Source: a virus. Taken from it: DNA of 64,000 nt. The DNA is taken from the IMG/VR virus record IMGVR_UViG_3300020118_000164, positions 1 through 64,000 of that record. One strand, 5' to 3'. Position numbers and translations under genes: made by a program. Each line of letters starts with the position of its first letter. The stretch's first letter is position 1. The notes beneath the pieces were generated by a model. It worked only from the letters and a program-made list of their open reading frames with translations, did no database searches and was not told the origin of the DNA. Shown in pieces: positions 1 to 9,561 of this stretch.

Positions 1-70
1 ATCTTGGCGCCGACCGGCATCTCGATCTCCTGCCGGTCGGTCACGAGGAGTGCGTACTTGAAGATGGCTT

Positions 71-619
71 TCACGGCTTCACCTCCCGCGACATCCGCAG
101 GTACGCGTCTCTGTATCCGTCCCCGTAGGTGGGGATGCTCATGGAGTCAGCATGGCGCGCGGCAGCGTCCTCGCTTGCCCAGGCGTCGAGTTGCTCGGGG
201 GTCGGGAAGTCACGGGACGGAGCACGTCCACGGCGCCTCGCCTCTAGGGCGGAATCGATTACCGCCTCCTCTAGCTCAGCGATACGCGCCGAGAGCTTCT
301 GTGCGAGGCTGCGGGCCGCTCTGTTCGTCTCACTCTCCGTTGCGATTGCCCCGTCCCGCTCTCGGATTGCCGTCGCCAATTCACGTTCTACCCGAATGGC
401 GCGCTTGAGCGCCTCCTCCTCCCGTTGCAGCGCGTTGTCTAGCTCCCGCTTGAACTGCTCGATCTGCTGCTTGAGGGAGAGATCGGAGAAGCTGGCGCCG
501 GCAGGGGGCTCATCCGGGTCACGGAGCCAGGTTCCCTTGGCCGTCCTTCTCCATGAAAGGGTAGGGTCGGATGCCTCCTCGCGCATCTCGTCACCGATCG
601 GCTCGTTGCGCTCGCTCAT
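71..619 (-). CDS. hypothetical coiled-coil protein
   Basis: Within ORF 71..730; ATG at 619 overlaps the stop of the upstream gene (ATGA). Confidence 0.6.
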   Translation of the reverse strand: MSERNEPIGDEMREEASDPTLSWRRTAKGTWLRDPDEPPAGASFSDLSLKQQIEQFKRELDNALQREEEALKRAIRVERELATAIRERDGAIATESETNRAARSLAQKLSARIAELEEAVIDSALEARRRGRAPSRDFPTPEQLDAWASEDAAARHADSMSIPTYGDGYRDAYLRMSREVKP

Positions 620-990
620 GACTGCACCTCGACGGCACCATCGTCCCGCGCCGACTGATCCTCGGTGTAGTCGGCCGGGAGACCACAGAGCGCGGGGCAG
701 CCATCCTGGTGCTGCCGGCCACCCTCCCAACAGAAACAGCCCTCGGCCGGGCTGAGTGGGAAATCCCAGCCGTCACCAGCGACGATGATCGCGCTGCCGT
801 CGCGGAAATCCCAGCGGTAGGTGGCGGTTCTCCAGCCGTCGCGGAAGGTCCGCCTGCCGCCGACGCTCCGTGCGAGATCATCGAGCGTCGCGCTGTTGCC
901 GACCGGCGAGAACCGCCGGCCGTCGTTGTCGAGCAGACCGGCGAGCGCTTGGGCGGTTGTGATTGCGGTGGTCTGCGTCTCCGTGCTCAT
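616..990 (-). CDS. hypothetical protein
   Basis: 124-aa ORF with purine-rich RBS, downstream of the promoter at 1045-1073. Confidence 0.65.
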   Translation of the reverse strand: MSTETQTTAITTAQALAGLLDNDGRRFSPVGNSATLDDLARSVGGRRTFRDGWRTATYRWDFRDGSAIIVAGDGWDFPLSPAEGCFCWEGGRQHQDGCPALCGLPADYTEDQSARDDGAVEVQS

Positions 991-1044
991 GTCGGGGTTT
1001 CCCTCTCAGTCCGGCCGGGCTCGATCGCCCTTGCCATGCCCCCT

Positions 1045-1073
1045 ACTGTACGCACTGCGGACTACGATGTCAA
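1045..1073 (-). promoter_or_regulatory. sigma70-like promoter containing operator family B
   Basis: Minus strand TTGACA-N17-TACAGT; near-palindrome GTCCGCAGTGCGTAC at 1048-1062. Confidence 0.75.
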
Positions 1074-1273
1074 GGGGTCTGGGCGAGAATCTTGTCCAGC
1101 GCCTCACCGGGGTCTATCCCGGCGAGCTGCATCTCAGCCAGCCGGTCCACTAGAGGCACGAGCCAGGGGGCCAGGTTCCGCTGGCGGTCCGTCACGGCAA
1201 GATCCGCCGCCCGCTGCCAGAGGAGGCGGCGCTTCGGGGTCAACTCTAGGGAGAAGCGGGGAGGTCTGCTCAT
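1070..1273 (-). CDS. small protein, possible ribbon-helix-helix-type regulator
   Basis: 67 aa (RFSLEL strand followed by helices); family B sites on both sides. Confidence 0.45.
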   Translation of the reverse strand: MSRPPRFSLELTPKRRLLWQRAADLAVTDRQRNLAPWLVPLVDRLAEMQLAGIDPGEALDKILAQTP

Positions 1274-1279
1274 GGAGAT

Positions 1280-1630
1280 CTAGCCTATCACGCCGCAATG
1301 CGGACTGGCGGGGTCCGCGAAAGTGACCGGCAGTCCAAGTTCTCGGGCGATTAGGATCTCGGCCGCGATCCCCTCTGAGGTCTGGTAGCCGTCCACCTTG
1401 AGCACGCGTAGCTCACTGCATGCACCAAGGACTGCGCGGTCGAACGCCTCCCAATAGGCCCAATCGCCCGGTAGCTCTCCGCACTCCGCGATGGGGTGGG
1501 AGTGCGAGATCGGGGAGAAGACGAGCAAGCCCTCGGCCATCAGGCGCGCCGCGGCACGGTTGGCGGCATCAAATCGCGCCCTCCGCACCGAGGCGTCGGG
1601 ATGGCTGTAGGGACAGGCGAGGTAGATCAT
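1280..1630 (-). CDS. DUF1937 family (nucleoside deoxyribosyltransferase-like fold) protein
   Basis: MIYLACPYSHPD...VFSPISHSH...SEGIAAEI motifs. Confidence 0.8.
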   Translation of the reverse strand: MIYLACPYSHPDASVRRARFDAANRAAARLMAEGLLVFSPISHSHPIAECGELPGDWAYWEAFDRAVLGACSELRVLKVDGYQTSEGIAAEILIARELGLPVTFADPASPHCGVIG

Positions 1631-2673
1631 GTGAGCACCTCCTCCTCCGCCATCTCGCCACCCTCGGCTTCACTATCGGCATCCGGCTCATCCTCGCCGC
1701 CGCGCCATTCGATCTCGGCCTGTTCTCCGATATCCCGGCTCGCCTGGGCGACGTTCTTGACGGCCTGCCGGTAGTAACTCGGCTTTAGCTCGATACCGAG
1801 TCCTCGCCGGCCAGCGCGAACCGCCCCGTATATCTCGCTCCCTACGCCCATGAATGGGCTGAGAACCGTCTCGCCGGGATTGCTCCAGAGCGTCAGTATG
1901 CGGTCGATCACGTCCAATTGCAGAGGGTGGACGTGCTTCTCATCCTCGGGGTCGCGCGCCTCGCGGTACGGGAGCACGCGATCCAAGCGGATGTCGTCCC
2001 AAAACGCGCTCGCGTACTGTCTCCAGATCCAATGCGAGTACCTGTTTTCGATCTGGTTCCCGGTCCATCCCCGGTAGTGCAGCAGCTCGGCCGGGATCTT
2101 CCGCTCGCCGGCATACTCCATCAGCCCGTGCGGGTGCGCAATCGGGATCTTGTTCTTGCCGCTCCGCCGGAAGACTAGAAGGTAGTCCGCAGAGGCGACC
2201 GTACAGCGCGAGCTGTCATCGACAATCCCTTTGTGTGCTAGCGCCTTTGTCATCGTGCGGTTGCGCACGGTGAGCGGTTCTTTGAAGACATGGTAGCGCG
2301 CCACGTACGCCCATCCGTGTTGCTTGTGTAGACGGATGATGTCGCCTGGGAAATCCATCAGCTCATCGCATCCGGTGTTCCCGGTTGCCACATCCGTGCA
2401 GTGCACCGCGGTCATCCTCCCCGGCAGCGTCAGGCGGTGCAGCTCGCGCACCACGAAGGCGTAATGCTCGAAAAATCCCTCGTATGATCCAGAGTTGCTT
2501 AGATCGTGCTCACTTGAGGAATAATGGTATAACCCGCCTCCGCGATGCGCAAATGGAGGAGAGTACACGGAAAGATGCACCGACTCTTTCGGCAAGGACT
2601 GCATGACTTCGCAGCAGTCGCCGTTGTAGAGAGCGTAGTTGGCTGTTATGGATTGGGCGGCGATCCCGCTCAT
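1627..2673 (-). CDS. DNA N4-C/N6-A methyltransferase (beta class)
   Basis: GDC, catalytic SPPF, HVHPLQLDVIDR and SAM-binding SPFMGVGSE motifs. Confidence 0.9.
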   Translation of the reverse strand: MSGIAAQSITANYALYNGDCCEVMQSLPKESVHLSVYSPPFAHRGGGLYHYSSSEHDLSNSGSYEGFFEHYAFVVRELHRLTLPGRMTAVHCTDVATGNTGCDELMDFPGDIIRLHKQHGWAYVARYHVFKEPLTVRNRTMTKALAHKGIVDDSSRCTVASADYLLVFRRSGKNKIPIAHPHGLMEYAGERKIPAELLHYRGWTGNQIENRYSHWIWRQYASAFWDDIRLDRVLPYREARDPEDEKHVHPLQLDVIDRILTLWSNPGETVLSPFMGVGSEIYGAVRAGRRGLGIELKPSYYRQAVKNVAQASRDIGEQAEIEWRGGEDEPDADSEAEGGEMAEEEVLT

Positions 2674-3146
2674 CGCGTTCTCCCAAAGGCGCCGTGGAGC
2701 TTAGCGCTGGCCGCAGCATAGGCCGCATGAGCTTCCTCTTTCGTGTCAAAGCGACCGAGATGTATTTGCACTCGGTTGACGGTAATCTTGGCCTGCCAGC
2801 GGCCGTGCTGACAATCCCATGAAGCGCCCTTAAGTTCGCTAGAGTTGCTTCACGGCATCCTCTGATTTCTGTTGTTCTCGGCGCGGCTTGCGAGTCTAAG
2901 ATTCGAGCGTACGTTGTTTAGGCCGTCGAGGTCCATATGATCTACTTCGGATCCCTCGGGGGCCGCAAGGATCACGCGATGCATATAGATCTTTGACCAC
3001 TTGCCCGAAGGGGTTCTCTGAGCCCGAATGGCGTAGAACGCGTCTCCGTGCCGATCGGCGCACCAGTTGAACACCGCCAAGCGTTCATAGTCGCAGTCAT
3101 CGACGACGGTGACTAGTCCTTGGGTGAGTTCAATTAGGCGAGCCAT
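2670..3146 (-). pseudogene. HNH-AP2 homing endonuclease interrupted by an in-frame TGA at 2850-2852
   Basis: HNH (MHRVI..VDHMDLDGLNNVRSNLR), then after the stop in the same frame an AP2 domain (KGASWD..RWQAKI..HLGRFDTKEEAHAAY) ending at TGA 2670-2672. Confidence 0.85.
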
Positions 3147-4528
3147 GCCGGCACCTCGACAGGAAGCTCATAGTCCCGCGATCGGGCCACGTGCAGGGCG
3201 TCGCGCATGTGAAAGACCAATTCGGCGAACATCTCATCTGCGGCCCGTCCCTTGCGCCGCAGATTCTCTTTGGCCTCTCGGCCCCCCTCGGTGGTCACGA
3301 TGTCCACGACGACGGGCGACTTCTGCCCGAAGCGCCAGCACCGACGGATCGACTGAAACGTCTGCTCGAAGGAATGACTGGGGAACATGGTCATGTGCGC
3401 GCAGTGGCTCCAGTTTAGACCCCAAGCAGCGATCTTGGGCTTCACGATCAAGAGGCGAAGCGATCCCGCGGCGAAGGCCGCGAATATCTCTTCCTTCTCC
3501 TCTGGTGATTGCGAACCGCTCACTTGGCGAGCCTCCGGCAGTATCTTGGCGAGGCGGTCACCTTCATCGTTGAGATGACACCACAGAATCGCCGGCTTGC
3601 CAGTGCCGGCTACCAGCTCGGCAGCCTTCTCGCATCGCTCCTGGATCGTCCGCCTCTGCTCTTCGCGCTCTTCCCTCAGTCCGATGGCCGGCAGCTCGAA
3701 CAACATCCCGTCCGCCCGCGTCCGCGCCTCAACGATATACTCGTTTTCAATCAGCGGCGGCAGGATGAACTTCTCGTCACTGAAACCAAGGTCCGATGGT
3801 TGACGAATCGCGCGAGCCCAAGAGCAAACCCACCGCCAGAAATGCGGCCGGGCATGTGCCTTGAAGCGCCACTGCTGACGCTCGAAAGCTCTCGGTGCCC
3901 CAAAGCCGCGCCACTTGCCTTTCTGGTCAATCGTGTTGCCGGCGTTCTTGAAGAAGCGGGTCAACATATCAGTATGACCAAGGTATCCGAGCGCCTCGCT
4001 CGATGTCCCTAATTCGATGTAGTCGTTCGGCGCCGCAGTAGCCGTGCAGAGCAGCCGATAGTGCATCTTGCGCATGAAGTCGGTTATAATCGCCTTTCGA
4101 GCGCTATCGAAAGATTTTAAACACGACGATTCGTCACATACCATTCCAATGTAGTCACTTGGGTTGAAGTGGTGAAGCCGCTCGTAATTGGTGACAGTCA
4201 CCCCGGCATGCGGTCGCCCGTCCATGGATCGCGCAGCCGTCACGCCGAACTTCTCAGCCTCTTGTATGGTCTGAGCTGACACGGCCAGCGGCGTCGCGAT
4301 CAGGACCCTACCGTTGGTTTGGCGCACCACGTTCTCAGCCCAGGCAAGCTGCATCGGCGTCTTCCCCGACCCGCAAGAAGAGAAAATTGCCGCGCGCCCC
4401 TTGCGCACCGCCCACTCGACCAGCGCCTGCTGGAAGTCGAACAGGAAGTCCGGCATCCATACTGGCTCGAATCCATGATTGGTGTCATCCTGCGCCTTGC
4501 GCGCGAGGAACTCGGTATACGATTCCAC
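3134..4528 (-). CDS. SNF2/DEAD-like superfamily 2 helicase
   Basis: GSGKT Walker A, DESS, TATAAPND, GLNW, QSIRRCWRFGQ. Confidence 0.88.
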   Translation of the reverse strand: MESYTEFLARKAQDDTNHGFEPVWMPDFLFDFQQALVEWAVRKGRAAIFSSCGSGKTPMQLAWAENVVRQTNGRVLIATPLAVSAQTIQEAEKFGVTAARSMDGRPHAGVTVTNYERLHHFNPSDYIGMVCDESSCLKSFDSARKAIITDFMRKMHYRLLCTATAAPNDYIELGTSSEALGYLGHTDMLTRFFKNAGNTIDQKGKWRGFGAPRAFERQQWRFKAHARPHFWRWVCSWARAIRQPSDLGFSDEKFILPPLIENEYIVEARTRADGMLFELPAIGLREEREEQRRTIQERCEKAAELVAGTGKPAILWCHLNDEGDRLAKILPEARQVSGSQSPEEKEEIFAAFAAGSLRLLIVKPKIAAWGLNWSHCAHMTMFPSHSFEQTFQSIRRCWRFGQKSPVVVDIVTTEGGREAKENLRRKGRAADEMFAELVFHMRDALHVARSRDYELPVEVPAWLA

Positions 4529-4531
4529 GGC

Positions 4532-4732
4532 CTAATCTTCCCAATTGGCGTCGCTGAGCCACTCGATATCGTCTTCGCGGAAGCGCCGCACGATGAACGC
4601 GCCGTGTGAGTCCTCGTGCGCGAGAGAGATGCCGTGCTTCCGGGCAACGGCGATCACTTCAGCCAGGAACTCCTCGACGGCGGGCATGATTACGAAATCG
4701 CCCTGCTTGCTATTCCATCTCTTACGCGCCAT
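4532..4732 (-). CDS. hypothetical protein
   Basis: First ORF after the promoter at 4746-4778; GGGAGG RBS. Confidence 0.6.
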   Translation of the reverse strand: MARKRWNSKQGDFVIMPAVEEFLAEVIAVARKHGISLAHEDSHGAFIVRRFREDDIEWLSDANWED

Positions 4733-4745
4733 GAGGCCCTCCCGA

Positions 4746-4778
4746 CACCATGCTATGGTGCGCCGGCCGAGGAGTCAA
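4746..4778 (-). promoter_or_regulatory. promoter with operator A (palindrome flipped; -10 = TAGCAT)
   Basis: Minus strand TTGACT-N17-TAGCAT, with the -10 inside CACCATAGCATGGTG (4746-4760). Confidence 0.8.
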
Positions 4779-5101
4779 GCACGCCGCCGCGGGGCGAGTC
4801 GGTCCCGTGCCACAATCGCGCCGCGCAGCTCCCCGGCGAGAATGGCGCTCAGCCGGAAGGCTAGATCCGCGCCGAGAACGATCTTCTCGATTGCCTTCTT
4901 GCCGGATGACTTGGCGAGGTAGTTGCCGGCGTTGTAGGAGTAGAGCGGCTCGCCGTCCACGAACCGTTCCCGCGACTGGCCGCTCGGGCCGGTCTCCACT
5001 ATGCGATAGCGTAGGCAGGCGTAGCAGCCCCGCTCTATAGGGCAGATCACGACCCCTGGTAGGACGTTGCGGGAGACCTCGGTCCACGCGTCCGCGCTCA
5101 T
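4775..5101 (-). CDS. hypothetical protein
   Basis: 108-aa ORF coupled by ATGA to the upstream ATPase gene. Confidence 0.55.
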   Translation of the reverse strand: MSADAWTEVSRNVLPGVVICPIERGCYACLRYRIVETGPSGQSRERFVDGEPLYSYNAGNYLAKSSGKKAIEKIVLGADLAFRLSAILAGELRGAIVARDRLAPRRRA

Positions 5102-6378
5102 GCCGTCGCCTTTTCCTCGGCGGCACCGCGTACGACGGCGCGGAGTCGGGTGCGCGCAAGATCCGCAATCCTCTCAAGAGCGCCTTCCGCGGAATCGGAA
5201 TGCGTGATTAGGTATTCCTGGATCGCAGCGGGAGAAATCGCGCGATCAGGCAGCGCAGATCCGAACGCCTCAGCCTGAACCGCTGCGCCAGGGAAGAATC
5301 TTAGGAATATCCGGCGCGCCTGATCATGAGAGGCGAGGTCTAAATGATATCTCCGGTTCACCCTGCCGGGGCGGCTGATGGCGGCGTCGAGGCGATCGGG
5401 GCAGTTCGTGGTGATGAAGAGCAACCTGCCTTCTGCGGCCAAGGAGCCATCTAGCGCGTTGAGCAGCCCCGAAAGGGTGAGGATAGAAGCCGTAGCGTCG
5501 AGTTGGACATCCAAATCTTCTGCGAGGACTACCGCGCCGACCGGAATCCGGGAAAGGCTCAGCACGAGATCGCGGTCCGCGAACTCTTTCGAGGTGAGGT
5601 CGAGGACGTAGAGCGGGAGGCCCAACTCACAAGCCAGGGCGCGCGCCACGCTTGTCTTCCCTGTTCCGGGAGGCCCCCAGAGTTCCACGGTGTGTCGCCA
5701 GGGGATTCCACGCGCCGCATACCAGTCCCTGCTCTTCAGGAACCGTCGCGCATCGGCCTCAATCGATTCGGCGATTCCCGCGTCCAGGATCACTGAATCC
5801 ATAGACCGCGGCGTGCCTACGGCGAGGCGGTCCCAATCCCCGCTTCCGTCGGCGAGGTAGGCGGCGTGGCGCTTGCCGAGGGCCTCGCGGGAGAACAGTT
5901 TAGCCTCCTCTATCAGGGACACCGCAACGCTACGTGAGCCCGGCACGCGTATCCGAAAGAAATCTCGCGCATAGCCGCCGACGATCTTCGCCTTTTCATC
6001 CTCCCGGCAGCGCTCGACGTAGATCCATCGTCCGTGATGACGGAAGATATGCGCGCCGTATCCGGGCTCAAAGAACACGGTTGGACCCTCGGGACGGTCC
6101 GGCTCAGTCTCCGTCACGCTACCGCCCCATGTGAATGTTTTCAGGCGGCGGCAGCGTCGGCCGTAGGCGCTGTGCGCCAGCCAAACGCCGAGCCAGGTCA
6201 CGGTTTCGTAGTCGCGCACTTCAAGCTCGGCGATCAGGCGCCGCCGCAGAACGCCAAGGAATCCAAGGAATAGGCCGCGGCCATAGGCCACCAGGCCGGC
6301 GAGGGCGCCGAGCATGAGACCGCCCGAGAGGAACTGATTGCCGGTGAGGAGCTTGTGCAGATCAGGCGGCAGCGTCAT
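5098..6378 (-). CDS. BCS1-like membrane-anchored AAA+ ATPase
   Basis: N-terminal TM (NQFLSGGLMLGALAG), PGYGAH, WYAARGIPWR, GPPGTGKTS, LSGLLNALDG, TTN..RLDAAISRPGR. Confidence 0.85.
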   Translation of the reverse strand: MTLPPDLHKLLTGNQFLSGGLMLGALAGLVAYGRGLFLGFLGVLRRRLIAELEVRDYETVTWLGVWLAHSAYGRRCRRLKTFTWGGSVTETEPDRPEGPTVFFEPGYGAHIFRHHGRWIYVERCREDEKAKIVGGYARDFFRIRVPGSRSVAVSLIEEAKLFSREALGKRHAAYLADGSGDWDRLAVGTPRSMDSVILDAGIAESIEADARRFLKSRDWYAARGIPWRHTVELWGPPGTGKTSVARALACELGLPLYVLDLTSKEFADRDLVLSLSRIPVGAVVLAEDLDVQLDATASILTLSGLLNALDGSLAAEGRLLFITTNCPDRLDAAISRPGRVNRRYHLDLASHDQARRIFLRFFPGAAVQAEAFGSALPDRAISPAAIQEYLITHSDSAEGALERIADLARTRLRAVVRGAAEEKATA

Positions 6379-6713
6379 AGGTCTCCCCGGACTACGGCAG
6401 AGATGACCTTCCCGATCTCGCCGGACTCCTGCATGGCCTTCAACTCCTTGCGGACGGCCTTAGCCAGGTAGGTGGCGGTCTCCTCGCGCACGATCTGTTC
6501 GGCAAGGGCCGGGGCGATTGCGGCGACCTGGGCGCTCACGTCGTAGGTGCGGACGAACTCACGCACGGCGGTTGCCGTCTTCTCCGCAAGATGGACCCGG
6601 CCTGCGGCGCGGTCATCGCGGTAGTGACCGTCTGCGAAGGACTGCTCGACCTGGCGGCGCACGATCTCCTCCAGGCCAGCGAGGGGGATCGTCACGGTTA
6701 GGGTGTCGGTCAT
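6375..6713 (-). CDS. hypothetical protein
   Basis: 112-aa ORF with coupled overlaps. Confidence 0.6.
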   Translation of the reverse strand: MTDTLTVTIPLAGLEEIVRRQVEQSFADGHYRDDRAAGRVHLAEKTATAVREFVRTYDVSAQVAAIAPALAEQIVREETATYLAKAVRKELKAMQESGEIGKVISAVVRGDL

Positions 6714-7405
6714 CTTTCCGCCTTCCTGCGGAACTGCGCGCGCTTCTCTTTCTCGATGCGGCGATTGATCGCGAGTAGCTCTCGGGAGCCGCGGGGCTTG
6801 AGATCAAACATGGCTTCGATCTCGGCTATCCTTTCAGCGAGCCGCTTCCTGGCGCGCTGGCGCTTCGTCTCGCCAGCCACTATTCTTGCGCTCCCGTGAG
6901 CGGACGCCCCGCAAACTCCACGCCCGTTAAGAATCCGGTCTCCGGGCTGCTCATGCCGGAGGGCGCCCATCCGCCGCGTTCGATCATGCGGAGCCATGTC
7001 TCATAGGTCGAGCCGCCGTCATCGTTCACGGCGAGCCAGTGCGCCAGACCTTCGGCGGTGGCGCAGACCGGGGAGATCGGGCTGCCCTCGTAGACGGTTT
7101 GCCGACGCATGATCAGTAGCCCATCTCGATGAGGGTCTCCGCCACGCGCTTCCGCAACGCCGGGAACAAGGGGCGGCCTCCGTAGCCGAGGAGGTCAGGG
7201 CCGAGTTCTGATTCCGTGCGCACGATCAAGTTCTCGGCCATCTCCGGCACGGTCAAGTCGGGGTGCGCGTCGAGCCCAGAGATCGCGACGGCCGCGATGA
7301 CTCCGGCCACGCGATTCAGGCTCCGGTAATAGATGTGGTGGTCGCTGCCGGTTGCTGCCGCCTGAAGCGCTTTGATGACGGCCGCGCGCATCTGCTTTCC
7401 AGAGT

Positions 7406-7921
7406 TCACGGCCGCACCTCCAGATCGAAGCCATGCGCGCGGACGTGCGCGAGGGCGCGCAGGAAGTACGCCCTTAACCACCCGTTGTCGGTTTCATCCG
7501 CCGGGATCATGCCCAACCCGCCGCAGGTATCGGATGCGCAGGGCTCGCTCTCCCAACAGCCGGAGCGGTCTACCTCCGCGTGGCGGATTTCACCGTGCTC
7601 ACACCCCTCGGGGCATGGAACACGGGTTGCGTCGGTCTGGTGCCCATCGGGACACTGGCCGTGGACAGGCGCCCATTCCCCGCACTCGACGCAGGGGGCG
7701 ACCTCTCCGCGCAGGGCTGCCGGGATGTCCCGCTGCCAGGGCGAATAGGCACGCCAGAGCCTTGCGCGCCGAACCGGATCGGTCTCTACGGCCGACAGGG
7801 CCGCGCCCATCTCACGCCGCTGATGCCGCAGAAGTTGCTCCACGGCGGCGGCGTACTCGCGGGCCGTCAAGGCTCCGTCGCCCTTCTCTCTCAGCTCGCC
7901 TGAACCGTTGTAGGTGTCCAT
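7406..7921 (-). CDS. hypothetical protein with CxxC motifs, probably leaderless
   Basis: ATG at 7921 lies 7 nt after the -10 of the promoter at 7928-7957. Confidence 0.6.
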   Translation of the reverse strand: MDTYNGSGELREKGDGALTAREYAAAVEQLLRHQRREMGAALSAVETDPVRRARLWRAYSPWQRDIPAALRGEVAPCVECGEWAPVHGQCPDGHQTDATRVPCPEGCEHGEIRHAEVDRSGCWESEPCASDTCGGLGMIPADETDNGWLRAYFLRALAHVRAHGFDLEVRP

Positions 7922-7927
7922 GGCGCA

Positions 7928-7957
7928 TACCATAGCATGGTGCGCCAGGGCTGTCAA
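7928..7957 (-). promoter_or_regulatory. promoter with operator A
   Basis: Minus strand TTGACA-N17-TATGGT; CACCATGCTATGGTA. Confidence 0.85.
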
Positions 7958-8253
7958 CGTGAATCTTCGGAATCGATGCGCTCGACCCGGTCTGCGTCCA
8001 GGGCCTTGCCCAACGCCCAGGGCCTGAAGCGCTTCGGCAGGTAACGCATGGCGCGGAGCCACGGAGAGACGGGCGGCGCGTCCGGGTCTGGCATGCTCCA
8101 GATGATTCCGATGGCGAGGGCGAAGAGGAGGAGGCCGACGCCCATCGGGCGTGCGTGGTGAAGTGCGGCTCCCCATCCCGCGAGGACGGCTCCTGATATC
8201 TCCAGAAGCGTTGCGGTGCCGATGCGGAGACACCGGCCGAAGTATTGGGTCAT
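7954..8253 (-). CDS. small membrane protein
   Basis: Two hydrophobic segments; coupled ORF. Confidence 0.55.
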   Translation of the reverse strand: MTQYFGRCLRIGTATLLEISGAVLAGWGAALHHARPMGVGLLLFALAIGIIWSMPDPDAPPVSPWLRAMRYLPKRFRPWALGKALDADRVERIDSEDSR

Positions 8254-8582
8254 AGCTCGCGTCCCTCTCTCGCCATGGCACGGATCTCGGCGACCGTGAA
8301 CGGCAAGCCGGTCTCGCTGACGAGCTGCAGGCCGGGATCAAGGCCGCGGACGTTCTCGACGACCACGACGGCGCCGTTGGGGCCGCCGAGCGTTCGCATC
8401 GGGCAGCGGGCATCGTCCTCGTCTTCCGCGAGCATGAGCGCGATGCGCTGTCCCGCGCCTGCCGTGAGCACTAAGGTCCCGGCGTAGCCGCCGGTTTCCC
8501 AGATCTCTAAGCGGTCATGAACGCCCCTGACCAGACGAAGTGACGTGATCGGCGGGCGCAGATGGTTGTATGAGGTGCTCAT
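8250..8582 (-). CDS. hypothetical protein
   Basis: Coupled ORF (ATGA overlaps). Confidence 0.6.
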   Translation of the reverse strand: MSTSYNHLRPPITSLRLVRGVHDRLEIWETGGYAGTLVLTAGAGQRIALMLAEDEDDARCPMRTLGGPNGAVVVVENVRGLDPGLQLVSETGLPFTVAEIRAMAREGREL

Positions 8583-8796
8583 CCTCGGTCCTCTCTCATG
8601 TAAGCCGCAAGCTCACGAGCCGATTCGAGGCAGGGCGCAAGTTTCTCACGGAGGTCCATGATCCCATCGGCTACGTAGCTACGGCCACCATACTCGGCCC
8701 ATGCGTCCTCTAGGTCACTCGCCGCGGCGGTGAGATGGCGGACAAGCTCGGCCATCGCGCGCTCAGCGGCGCCTTCGGTTACCTGGCGCCGCGGTA

Positions 8797-9561
8797 TCAT
8801 TCTTGCCCTTCTCGTGCCGGTATCGGCGGCGGTTCATGCTGCGCCCGTCGCCAGCAGTAGGTCGCGAAGCCGTATCGAAAACGGAATTGCGGGCCATCGA
8901 TCGCGTCACCGCGCCAGGGAACTTCATCGCGGATGGGGCGCAGCTCCGGCTTATGCGGGTAGTGCCGCCAGATATCGAGCCAGATCTCCTCACCCTCCGC
9001 CGGTTCCGGTGGCAGCTCCGGCAGGTAGTGCCAGCCGCCGGCCGTCTGCGCCTCCGGGAGGGCGCGGATCGCATCAGCCAAGTCCTCGCCGTCCAGGGGC
9101 TCGACGAGAGCCGCTGCGGTCTCCCGGATTCGCGCCGGGCTCGCCGCCGACTCAGCGGGCCCTGGGCGCATCTCGGCGACCGACATCAGGGCCTTTGCGA
9201 GCGCGCCGAGGCCGGCTTGTGAGTCCACGTGATAGTGCCCCACGCCAAAGCCATGAAACCACTCGCGCGGGCTCGGCGCGCCGCAATGCCCATCAACGCG
9301 CACCTCGCGGCCGTAAGTCTCATGCAGCCGATCGGCAATCTCGACAGGTAATCCAGGGCCCTTCGCGATCCAATAAGTCCACGCGCGCTCAAACGTCCAC
9401 CCGCACAAGGAGCCGATCACCTTGGCCGGAACCTCGCGCCCCAGGAGGAGTATCGGAACGGTTAACGGCTTGATCCCCGCCTCTTCTAGCTCGGCGGTCG
9501 CTTGCTGCGTTACTTCGCGAATCACTCCGTCGTCCGTGACGTGCCGCGCCAGATTTATCAC
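8797..9561 (-). CDS. hypothetical protein
   Basis: GTG start overlapping the stop of 9558..10187; globular-looking sequence. Confidence 0.6.
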   Translation of the reverse strand: MINLARHVTDDGVIREVTQQATAELEEAGIKPLTVPILLLGREVPAKVIGSLCGWTFERAWTYWIAKGPGLPVEIADRLHETYGREVRVDGHCGAPSPREWFHGFGVGHYHVDSQAGLGALAKALMSVAEMRPGPAESAASPARIRETAAALVEPLDGEDLADAIRALPEAQTAGGWHYLPELPPEPAEGEEIWLDIWRHYPHKPELRPIRDEVPWRGDAIDGPQFRFRYGFATYCWRRAQHEPPPIPAREGQE

